NCBI GenBank assembly: GCA_009838515.1
Contig: VXRL01000051.1
Coordinates: 16,814 to 80,813 of the forward strand
DNA: 64,000 bases
DNA from: Terriglobia bacterium
GTDB lineage: Bacteria > Acidobacteriota > Terriglobia > Bryobacterales > UBA6623
Direction: 5' to 3'
Shown: in pieces, positions 37,309-45,192 of the stretch
How positions within the stretch are numbered: position 1 is the first letter of the stretch
Layout: the number at the start of each line of letters is the position of its first letter
Notes under the pieces: model-generated
What the model was told of the DNA's origin: nothing
Database searches by the model: none
Seen by the model: the letters and a program-made list of their open reading frames with translations, nothing else
Translations under genes and position numbers: made by a program

Positions 37309-38409
37309 ATGCTCGCTCGGATCGCGCTGGCGGCTGCCCTGCTAGGCGAGTTGCTGCTGGTCTCGTGCGCGACCCGAATGGGGCCGCGTACTATACCAGC
37401 CGCGCGATTTGACTACAACGAGCGCATCGCCCGCTCCCAGAACGACCAGCTCCTGCTCAATCTCGTGCGGCTGCGCTACCGCGACACTCCTGTCTTTCTC
37501 GATGTCGGCACGGTGATCGCGCAATACACGCTGGACGCAAGGGTCGGGTCGCTGCCTAGATTCGGCGTGGACGGCTCTGGCCGGACGGAGTTGGGAGTTG
37601 ACCTGGGCGCGCGCTACAGCGAACAGCCGACCATCACCTACGAGCCGATCTCGGGGGCAGAGTTCACCCGGCGGCTGCTCACCCCAATTTCTCCGCAGAC
37701 CATCATCTTGCTGTCCCAGTCCGGCTGGAGCGTAGAGCGCCTGCTGATGTGCTGCGTTGACAGCATCAATGGCATCGCCAATGCGCCGGTGGCGAGCGGC
37801 CCGACCCCGTCGTTGATCCCCGACAACAGCCACTTTCGCGGCGTGGCCCGGGCGCTGCGGTCGCTACAGCTGGCGGGTTCGCTGGAGTTCGTCCTCGAGC
37901 AGGACGAGGCGTCGGGCAACGCGCTGTTGCGCGTTGGCAAGCCCGCCGGGAACGGCGACCGCTCTCAGGCGCTGCGCGAATTGCGCGACACGCTGGACCT
38001 CGATCCCGATACCGAGCTCTTCCGCATCACCGCTCGCAGCGCGGTACGCGGCCGAGACGAGATCATCCTCACGGGCAGGTCAGTCTTGGGAGCGCTGTTC
38101 TTCCTCTCCCACAGCGTCGATCCGCCAGCAGAGCACGAAGCCCGCGGTCTGGTTACGGTGGCCGAGCAAGCGGGCGGCACCGCGGCGAGTTGGGAGGAGG
38201 TCTCCGGCGGTCTGATTCGCGTGTCCTCCTCGAGTGCTGAACCTCCTGGCGCCTTCGTGCGCATCCGCTATCGCGACCACTGGTTCTACATCGGCGACGC
38301 GGATCTGAACTCCAAGGCGACGTTCAGCCTGCTGACCTACCTCCTGTCGCTGCAGTCCGCCGGCAACCAGGGCATGAGCGCCCTGCTGAGCGTTCCGGTG
38401 GGCAACTAG
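37309..38409 (+). CDS. Hypothetical lipoprotein
   Basis: The ATG lies 4 nt after the upstream stop. MLARIALAAALLGELLLVSC is a good lipobox (L-V-S-C). 366 aa with good GC3 coding bias. I do not recognise a family. Confidence 0.6.
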   Translation: MLARIALAAALLGELLLVSCATRMGPRTIPAARFDYNERIARSQNDQLLLNLVRLRYRDTPVFLDVGTVIAQYTLDARVGSLPRFGVDGSGRTELGVDLGARYSEQPTITYEPISGAEFTRRLLTPISPQTIILLSQSGWSVERLLMCCVDSINGIANAPVASGPTPSLIPDNSHFRGVARALRSLQLAGSLEFVLEQDEASGNALLRVGKPAGNGDRSQALRELRDTLDLDPDTELFRITARSAVRGRDEIILTGRSVLGALFFLSHSVDPPAEHEARGLVTVAEQAGGTAASWEEVSGGLIRVSSSSAEPPGAFVRIRYRDHWFYIGDADLNSKATFSLLTYLLSLQSAGNQGMSALLSVPVGN

Positions 38410-38420
38410 CCGCGCAACGG

Positions 38421-40064
38421 TCATTCCGCTCCAGGCACGGCGTCCGGAGCGCTCAGGTAAGGATTAAATACGTAGCGGATCGAGACCGGCCCGGGCAAGG
38501 TCAGGTTGCGCGTGATCGCATAGGCGGGATCCAGCCCCCACTGTCCCTTGGCCAGCAGTTTCCGCTTCAGCGTGTCGTTGTCGTGCCAACCCCAGAAGGG
38601 CTTGGCCATGTCAGCAGCATGCTTGCGGCTGAGAAACGCCCCGGCAATGAACGGGTGACTGGCCTGCGGGCGCCCCCCTTGTGGCTGGTAGCGATAGTAC
38701 CCGCTGAAGGCCGCGCCCCCCGCGCCTCGCTCTTGCTGAGACCGGACCCACCAGTGGTCGTAGATCGGCAGGAGATCGTACCCCACGTTGCGGTCCGCAG
38801 GGTGCCGGGGCCTTTCCGCGACGCCCTTGTAGACATATGTCACGCCGGTGCCCGCTTCGAAATGGTCCGCGGAAAGAGAGTACCCGGAGTGTTGGCCGGA
38901 TCCGTAGACACCGTGCCCGCCAGAATGAACGAACACGACCGGGTGCGTGCCGCCAACGAATTCGACCTCCCCGTCCAAGTTGTGAAAACTGCCTCGCACG
39001 CGTGGATCGGCGCGATAGGAATAGATCTTGTTGTGCGCCAAGGTCTCCATGGCGACCGGATGCCCCCAAGGCGTGCCGTCCTTGGCGATCGTGAGGATCA
39101 TGCCCTCGTTGTCATTCTCGTGGCAGGTTCCCGCAATGCACTTGTCGGAGTAGTCCCGCGGATGGAAGAAGTTGTAGATCAAGAACCAGTGCGTCTGGGT
39201 TTCCATGGCCGCGTAGTAGACGAAGGCCTGCGAACTGCTTTCCGGCGTGTTGTCCCAGTTGTTGTCACCGCGCCAATCGCCATCGGCGTCGAACCGCGCC
39301 AGATAGTCGGCCTTGGGCTGGAACCACGTCTCCTGAGCCACGAACGGAGCGTACCGCTCGGCCAGCGGACGGTAAGGGTCGGGCGCGGCCGGCTGGGCTC
39401 CGAACGTCACGCGCTCGCCAGCCACCGTGGGCTCGGCGGCGGCATCGACGCGGATCGTCAACGTCGCCGAGACGCCTTCCAGCGTAGCGGTCAGGAGTGC
39501 TTCGCCTTCTCGGCCGGGCGCAGTGTACAGGACCGAGTCCGACAAGTCCGACTGCCTGTCGGACATCATTAGCAGCCTCCCATCAGCGCTATCCGATCCG
39601 TCGTGGCGCGCTCGGATCTCCACGCTCCCGCGGTGACTGAACGGCTTCGAGACCCAACCTCCGTCGCCGCTGTGGACGTGAAAGGCCGCCGGACCACGCT
39701 TGAGCGGCACCGGAGCCGCGGAACCGGTGAGCCTGGCGCCCTCGCCGACGGCCCTGACCTGCACCACCAAGGCTCCGAACGGGCGCACCCGGGCGTCCGC
39801 CGGCACGGTCCGAAACTCGATCCCGCGCACAGGCCCGGGCACCTGTGCACCAAGCGCCGCGACGCACAGCGCCAGGGCCAGCCCGCGGTAGACACTCCGG
39901 CCGACGAATCGTGCCGCGGCTGGTAACGAGGTGCAAGTCAACGGGGCTCGTCCGCCGAGGGCCCGCGGCGCGGGCCACCAATGGGCCTGGCTCCCGCGGG
40001 TCCCATGTCCATGATGGCGCATGTGCTGCAACAGCTCCATTCCAAGTGTCCGGACATCCGGCAT
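38421..40064 (-). CDS. Hypothetical secreted protein (N-terminal beta-rich region plus C-terminal domain with YNFFHPRDY...CHENDNEG block)
   Basis: Long ORF with strong coding bias, convergent on the preceding lipoprotein gene. Internal signal-like RSVYRGLALALCVAALGAQ. The true start is probably downstream of 40064, for example TTG 39941 or ATG 40022. Confidence 0.6.
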   Translation of the reverse strand: MPDVRTLGMELLQHMRHHGHGTRGSQAHWWPAPRALGGRAPLTCTSLPAAARFVGRSVYRGLALALCVAALGAQVPGPVRGIEFRTVPADARVRPFGALVVQVRAVGEGARLTGSAAPVPLKRGPAAFHVHSGDGGWVSKPFSHRGSVEIRARHDGSDSADGRLLMMSDRQSDLSDSVLYTAPGREGEALLTATLEGVSATLTIRVDAAAEPTVAGERVTFGAQPAAPDPYRPLAERYAPFVAQETWFQPKADYLARFDADGDWRGDNNWDNTPESSSQAFVYYAAMETQTHWFLIYNFFHPRDYSDKCIAGTCHENDNEGMILTIAKDGTPWGHPVAMETLAHNKIYSYRADPRVRGSFHNLDGEVEFVGGTHPVVFVHSGGHGVYGSGQHSGYSLSADHFEAGTGVTYVYKGVAERPRHPADRNVGYDLLPIYDHWWVRSQQERGAGGAAFSGYYRYQPQGGRPQASHPFIAGAFLSRKHAADMAKPFWGWHDNDTLKRKLLAKGQWGLDPAYAITRNLTLPGPVSIRYVFNPYLSAPDAVPGAE

Positions 40065-40172
40065 CCGCTAGACTACTCCCAAGCGACGCGAACCGGCTCG
40101 GACAGTTGCGACGAGCGCGGCTGGAGGACCTGACGCGGCCGGAAATGGCACGCTTGCTTTGCCGGAGCGCTG

Positions 40173-42434
40173 GTGGTCAGACCGAGAAACCGACTGGTCA
40201 GGGCGGCCAGCGCCGCACCGCATGCCGGACACGGCTTCGGCACTGCACCGGTATTCCTAGCCTCGATCAGCACGATCCTTGGCGCGGTGCTGTTCCTGCG
40301 CTTCGCCTACGCGGTCGCGCACGTGGGGCTGTGGGGCAGCTTCGGCATTATCGCGCTCGGCCACCTGGTGACCATTCCCACGGTCTTGGCGGTTTCCGAG
40401 ATCGCCACGAACCGGCGCGTCGCCGGCGGCGGCGCGTATTACATCATCAGCCGTTCGTTCGGCACCAGTATCGGCGGCTCGATCGGCATTGCGCTCTATC
40501 TCTCGCAGGTAATCTCGGTGGCCTTCTACCTCGTCGCCTTCGCCGAAGCGTTCGAACCGCTCTACGCCTGGGTGGCTTCCACTCACGGCATAGAGGCCGA
40601 CCCGCGCTGGGTCAGCCTGCCGTCCACCGCCTTGCTGGCGGCAATCGTGCTGACTAAAGGCGCCCGGTCGGGCGTCCGCGCACTGTGGCTTGTCAGTGCC
40701 GCCCTGTTCGCTTCGATCCTGCTCTTCCTGCTGGGCACGGGACCGGAGTCAGTGCGGCCCGACGGGCTCAACCTTACCTCGCGCATCCAAGATCCCGACC
40801 CGTTCGGCACGGTCTTCGCGACCTGCTTTCCGGCATTCACGGGCATGATCGCCGGCCTCGGCCTGTCGGGGGACTTGAAGCGCCCCGAGAAGAGCATTCC
40901 TCTGGGCACCATCAGCGCCACCATTGCCGGGATGGTGGTCTACGCCTTGGTGGCGATCAAGCTCGCGAGCAGCGCCACGCCGGAGGCGCTGGCCGGCGAC
41001 CAGTTCATCATGGCAGAAGTCGCCATTTGGGGACCGGCCATCTACATTGGCCTCGGCGCCGCAGCGTTCTCCTCGGCGCTGGGCTCGATTCTGGTAGCGC
41101 CCCGCACGCTGCAAGCGCTGGGCCGCGACCGGGTGCTGCCCGTCCCAAGCCTGAACCGCATGTTGGCGGCGGGTTCGGGAGACGAGCGCGAGCCGACTTT
41201 CGCCACGCTCGTTTCCAGCCTGATCGCGGTTGTTTTCGTACTGGCGGGGACCATGGACGGCATCGCCCAGATCCTGACCATGTTCTTCATGGTTACCTAC
41301 GGCGCGCTGTGTTCGGTTTCGTTCCTGGAATACTTCGCGGGTAACCCTTCCTACCGCCCGACGTTCCACTCGCGCTGGTACGTTTCACTGCTGGGCGCCT
41401 TCATGTGCGCCTTGATCATGCTCCAGATCAGCCCGTTCTACGCGCTGCTCGCAGTCCTGCTGATGGTGCTGGCATATTTCGGCCTGCGTCGCACCCGCAA
41501 GGGCGAGCGCGACCTGACTGCAATCTTCCAAGGCACGATGTTCCAACTCACGCGCCGATTGCAGATCATGCTGCAGACGAGCCGCCCTGAAGGCGCCAAG
41601 GGAGGCTGGCGACCTTCCATCGTGGCGGTTACACGGTTCGGAGACGAGCGCTTGGGCCATTTCGACCTGCTGCGCTGGATCTGCCACCGGCACGGATTCG
41701 GCCACTTCCTACAGTTCATCGACGGCGAGTACTCCTTCCGGGGAGAGATCGAGGCACGAACCCAGGTCGGCAAGCTCATCGAGCGCAGCGAGATGACGAA
41801 CGCGGGCATCCTCGTCGATTCGCTCATCTGCCCGTCCTTCCGGGGTGCGGTGGCCCATACGCTGCAAATGCCGGGGGTGTCGGGCCTGCCCAACAATTGC
41901 GTGCTATTCGAGTTCGACAAGCAGCATCCTAAGGAAATCGCCGAAATCGCCCAAGGAGCCGTCCTGGCCACCGAGTCCGTCTTCAATGTGCTGATACTGC
42001 GTTCCACGCCATACCGGTTCGGCTACCGCTCCTCGATCCACCTGTGGGTCACCGAGGAAACGCTTGACTGCGCTCCAATGATGCTCTTGCTCGCATTCAT
42101 CATCGTGGGGCACCCCGAGTGGCGCCGCGCGGAGATTCAGCTCTATGCATGTTTCGACTCGCTCGAGGCTGATCAGGAAAAAGACCGGCTCTCAGGCCTT
42201 CTGTCCGATGGGCGCCTACCCATCTCCAGCCAGAACATCACCGCCGTGCAGTGTGCCGACAGCGCGGCGCTCGACGTGGAGGTCGGCCGCCGCTCAGCAG
42301 AGGCCGACTTGACGATTACCGGCTTGTTGGGAGCCGACATAGAACCCGACCGCGCCAGCGAAGCGCTGATGCGCCTCGACAAAGCAAATGACGTGCTGTT
42401 CGTGCTTTCAAGCGAGCGCGTGTCGATCGACTAG
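40173..42434 (+). CDS. APC-superfamily transporter of the cation-chloride cotransporter (SLC12-like) type with a large cytoplasmic C-terminal domain
   Basis: GTAPVFLASISTILGAVLFLRFAYAVAHVGLWG, EIATNRRVAGGGAYYIISRSFG, GIALYLSQ, FPAFTGMIAGLGLSGDLK(R)P, and about 12 TM segments. These are followed by a roughly 300-aa soluble tail, as in bacterial SLC12 homologues. Confidence 0.8.
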   Translation: MVRPRNRLVRAASAAPHAGHGFGTAPVFLASISTILGAVLFLRFAYAVAHVGLWGSFGIIALGHLVTIPTVLAVSEIATNRRVAGGGAYYIISRSFGTSIGGSIGIALYLSQVISVAFYLVAFAEAFEPLYAWVASTHGIEADPRWVSLPSTALLAAIVLTKGARSGVRALWLVSAALFASILLFLLGTGPESVRPDGLNLTSRIQDPDPFGTVFATCFPAFTGMIAGLGLSGDLKRPEKSIPLGTISATIAGMVVYALVAIKLASSATPEALAGDQFIMAEVAIWGPAIYIGLGAAAFSSALGSILVAPRTLQALGRDRVLPVPSLNRMLAAGSGDEREPTFATLVSSLIAVVFVLAGTMDGIAQILTMFFMVTYGALCSVSFLEYFAGNPSYRPTFHSRWYVSLLGAFMCALIMLQISPFYALLAVLLMVLAYFGLRRTRKGERDLTAIFQGTMFQLTRRLQIMLQTSRPEGAKGGWRPSIVAVTRFGDERLGHFDLLRWICHRHGFGHFLQFIDGEYSFRGEIEARTQVGKLIERSEMTNAGILVDSLICPSFRGAVAHTLQMPGVSGLPNNCVLFEFDKQHPKEIAEIAQGAVLATESVFNVLILRSTPYRFGYRSSIHLWVTEETLDCAPMMLLLAFIIVGHPEWRRAEIQLYACFDSLEADQEKDRLSGLLSDGRLPISSQNITAVQCADSAALDVEVGRRSAEADLTITGLLGADIEPDRASEALMRLDKANDVLFVLSSERVSID

Positions 42435-42792
42435 CGGGGGCCCGCGCGGCGGCCGATCTCGCCAGTGAATTACTTGGCCATCTGCTCCTTGCCGGGGACG
42501 ACCCCGGGGCCAAGGTCGGACGGGTGCTGGCGGATTTCGTCACAGCCAGCGACATCGCAGCGTTCGCGCCGGGCATAAGAGCCGGTATCCGCACGAACCC
42601 ACTCGCGTCCGGAGGGGCGGTGCTGCGCGACCAATACGCCGCCTCGCAAGCAGACTTCCAAGCGTACTTCCCGTCGCTGGCAGAGCATGCTCGGCCGCTT
42701 GCTGCGGCAGGGTGAGAGTGACGCGTCGCCAGAGCGGCCGGGCTCAAATTGAACTGAAGAAAGTCGCGCGCTAGCGCTACAATCCTAAGGGT

Positions 42793-44217
42793 ATGCTCTC
42801 GCTCTGGAATCAGCCCCGGCAAAGCATCTTAGCAGTCGTGGCGGCCGGGATTGTAGCATTCATCTGCACCCACCCGACGGCGTCGGAAGTCGTCCAGGCA
42901 CAGCATCCGCACGTCGTGCTGATCACGGTGGACACCCTTCGCGCTGACCACCTCTCTTCTTACGGCTATCACCTGCGCACCAGCCCGGCCATGGACAAGC
43001 TAGCCGAGGACGGCGTTCGCTTCGAGCGGGCCTACACCCCGATCCCGATGACCGGGCCATCGCACTTCTCGATGTTCACCGGTCGCTACCCGCAAGAGCA
43101 CGGCGCGCGCATCAACGGCGTATCGCTGCCGGACAACAGCAAGTGGCTGACGATCCCGCAAGTGCTCAGGCGCTTCGGCTACACGTCCGGCGCGTTCGTC
43201 AGCGCCTGGCCACTGGTCGGGCGACTGACCCAACTGCACAGAAGCTTCGACCACTACGACGAGGAACTGGAGCGCCAGTACCAAGTCTTTCACTCCATGC
43301 GCTGGGCCGAAGATGTCACGCGACCGGCGCTGCGCTGGCTCGACGACAACAAGGACAAGGACAAGTTGTTCATGTGGGTGCACTATTTCGACCCGCACGA
43401 GCCCTACAATCTCCGCGAGGAATTCGCCGACCCAGAGCAGATCCGCGATCCGGCACCCGCCACCGCCGAGTACTCCGAAGAGGTCAACAGCCGAATCCGC
43501 CGCTATGACTCCGAGATCGGCTACGCCGACAGCCACATTAAGCGGCTGCTGGACCGCATCGATCAGCTCGGAATGCGTGACCACACGCTCGTCGCGCTGC
43601 TTTCCGACCACGGAGAGGGACTTGGCGAGCACGGTTTCGTCGGGCACGGCCGCTGGCTGTTCGAGAGCACGGTACACGTGCCCTGGATCATGCGCCTCCC
43701 CGGCACGATCAAGCCTGGCAGCGTCGTTGCCGAGACCGTCTCCCTCCTAGACCTCGCTCCGACACTGTTGGACCTGGCCGTCCCGGAGTTCCGCGACGAG
43801 ACGCAGGTGTCCATTTCCTACGCCGGCCGCAGCCAAGTCGCGGCCATTGCGCAGCAATCTTCGCCCGAATCGCGCCAGATACGATTCGTGTCGTTCGAGG
43901 GCAAGAAGGGTTTCATCCCGAAATGGATTTCGTGGGCGTGGAAGCCAAACTCGGGACTGCCGTTTCGCATCGGCAAGCTCGAAGGAAGCATGAAGGCAGT
44001 CTGGACGCCCGACGAGAAGCGCTTTGAGCTTTTCGACCTCTCTCAGGATCCGCACGAACTACGACCGCAATCGCTGACCGACGCAGACCGGCGCTATTCG
44101 TTCGAACGCGACGCGTTCCAACGCTGGTTCGATACCACCAATCTCGCCGAGAGCGAATCCCGCTTGACCGAGCGGGACGCGAAGATCCTCGAAAGCCTCG
44201 GCTACATTACCAAGTAG
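42793..44217 (+). CDS. Alkaline-phosphatase-superfamily hydrolase (sulfatase/NPP-like) with a Thr in the nucleophile position
   Basis: PHVVLITVDTLRADHLSSYG, then PMTGPSHFSMFTGRYPQEHG (T-x-P-x-H instead of C/S-x-P-x-R), ...LLSDHGEGLGEHG. One N-terminal hydrophobic segment. Confidence 0.8.
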   Translation: MLSLWNQPRQSILAVVAAGIVAFICTHPTASEVVQAQHPHVVLITVDTLRADHLSSYGYHLRTSPAMDKLAEDGVRFERAYTPIPMTGPSHFSMFTGRYPQEHGARINGVSLPDNSKWLTIPQVLRRFGYTSGAFVSAWPLVGRLTQLHRSFDHYDEELERQYQVFHSMRWAEDVTRPALRWLDDNKDKDKLFMWVHYFDPHEPYNLREEFADPEQIRDPAPATAEYSEEVNSRIRRYDSEIGYADSHIKRLLDRIDQLGMRDHTLVALLSDHGEGLGEHGFVGHGRWLFESTVHVPWIMRLPGTIKPGSVVAETVSLLDLAPTLLDLAVPEFRDETQVSISYAGRSQVAAIAQQSSPESRQIRFVSFEGKKGFIPKWISWAWKPNSGLPFRIGKLEGSMKAVWTPDEKRFELFDLSQDPHELRPQSLTDADRRYSFERDAFQRWFDTTNLAESESRLTERDAKILESLGYITK

Positions 44218-44236
44218 CGGCACCGCAGCCGGCGCC

Positions 44237-44578
44237 CTACTCGTGCTGGGGCGACGGCTCTTGGGCCCGCAACGCAGCCACCTCCGCCTCGATGCCGTCG
44301 ACGGCAGACTCGAGCTCATCCAGCAGCTTCCGGGACGCGGCGCCAATCTCCAAGCGGTAGCGCTGGTGCTCGTCGCGAGCAGCCGCTAGTTCGTCGGCAA
44401 TCTGCAAGGCTGCCAAGATCGCGAGCTGGTAGCTGTCCGTTCCAGCACCAAGCGTGTCCACGAAGCGATTGATGGCGTCGTCGACCTTCCGGGCAAGCGC
44501 GCGCGTGCGCTCTGGATCGGCTCCGCCCAAATGGTACGCACGGCCGCCGATCTCGACTCTGACGCGTTGATTTCCCAC
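44237..44578 (-). CDS. zapA: Cell-division protein ZapA
   Basis: 113 aa. VRVEIGGRAYHLGGADPERTRALARKVDDAINRF......SYQLAILAALQIADEL is the ZapA fold signature, followed by a C-terminal coiled coil. Confidence 0.8.
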   Translation of the reverse strand: MGNQRVRVEIGGRAYHLGGADPERTRALARKVDDAINRFVDTLGAGTDSYQLAILAALQIADELAAARDEHQRYRLEIGAASRKLLDELESAVDGIEAEVAALRAQEPSPQHE

Positions 44579-44583
44579 GGCGC

Positions 44584-44877
44584 TCAGCCTTCGCGCTCCA
44601 ACTCAGTGACTTTCTGCAGCAGGGCCTCGACGCGCCGCTTCACCGCGTCGCGAGTGCTATCGCTGCGCAACTCGTCTCTCAGGACAATGATCTGGGTATC
44701 CCGGTCGCGCAATTCGTCGCGGAGCCGCTCAACCTCGAGCTCGGCCTGAACGCGCTGCGTGCGAGCCTCGCGCAGTTGCTCGACCAAGCCCAGCACGCGC
44801 CGCTCCAGCTCGCCGAGCGGGCCGATGTCGTCGGCCTGCGAAGGCGGGAATTCCAGCTTGGGGCGGTCATCGTCCAT
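44584..44877 (-). CDS. Coiled-coil protein, ZapB-like, co-oriented with zapA
   Basis: 97 aa. The heptad-rich LERRVLGLVEQLREARTQRVQAELEVERLRDELRDRDTQIIVLRDEL lies 5 nt upstream of zapA. The assignment rests on context and coiled-coil character only. Confidence 0.55.
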   Translation of the reverse strand: MDDDRPKLEFPPSQADDIGPLGELERRVLGLVEQLREARTQRVQAELEVERLRDELRDRDTQIIVLRDELRSDSTRDAVKRRVEALLQKVTELEREG

Positions 44878-44980
44878 GGCGCAAGTCCCAGATGCTCACA
44901 ATGATAGACGACTCGCGGCTGCGATCAAATGTATGGCCGCAAAAGGCCAGCTCGGCGCGGGGAACGAACCGCCCGCGAAA

Positions 44981-45069
44981 TGGTGCGCAAGAGAGGACTT
45001 GAACCTCCACGGGATTTAACTCCCACTAGGACCTGAACCTAGCGCGTCTGCCAATTCCGCCACTTGCGC
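44981..45069 (-). tRNA. tRNA-Leu (anticodon CAG)
   Basis: Reverse complement GCGCAAGTGGCGGAATTGGCAGACGCGCTAGGTTCAGGTCCTAGTGGGAGTTAAATCCCGTGGAGGTTCAAGTCCTCTCTTGCGCACCA. It has a 7-bp acceptor stem, anticodon stem CTAGG/CCTAG with loop TTCAGGT (CAG), a long variable arm, a GGTTCAAGTCC T-arm and an encoded CCA. Confidence 0.9.
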
Positions 45070-45192
45070 ACAGGCTGGCGGCTACCTCGAAGCACCGTAC
45101 GGCGACCGGTGCTGCCACCGCTCCCATTGTAGGACATCGGCTGGCGGCGACCGTTCGCGTCGGGGCTGCCTCCGGGACTGCCGCCCCCTGGC

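Noticed and set aside
42524-42715. A 63-codon ORF (LADFVTASDIAAFAPGIRAGIRTNPLASGGAVLRDQYAASQADFQAYFPSLAEHARPLAAAG) with protein-like composition, in the spacer after the transporter gene.
   Set aside because: It has no RBS. It has only a GTG start deep inside a longer open frame that lacks any start codon. It has no recognisable family. It is possibly a remnant of a decayed gene and too uncertain to call.
44218-44236. 6S RNA (ssrS), which lies downstream of zapA in E. coli and many other bacteria.
   Set aside because: Only 19 nt separate the zapA stop from the convergent hydrolase gene's stop. There is no room for a roughly 180-nt RNA.
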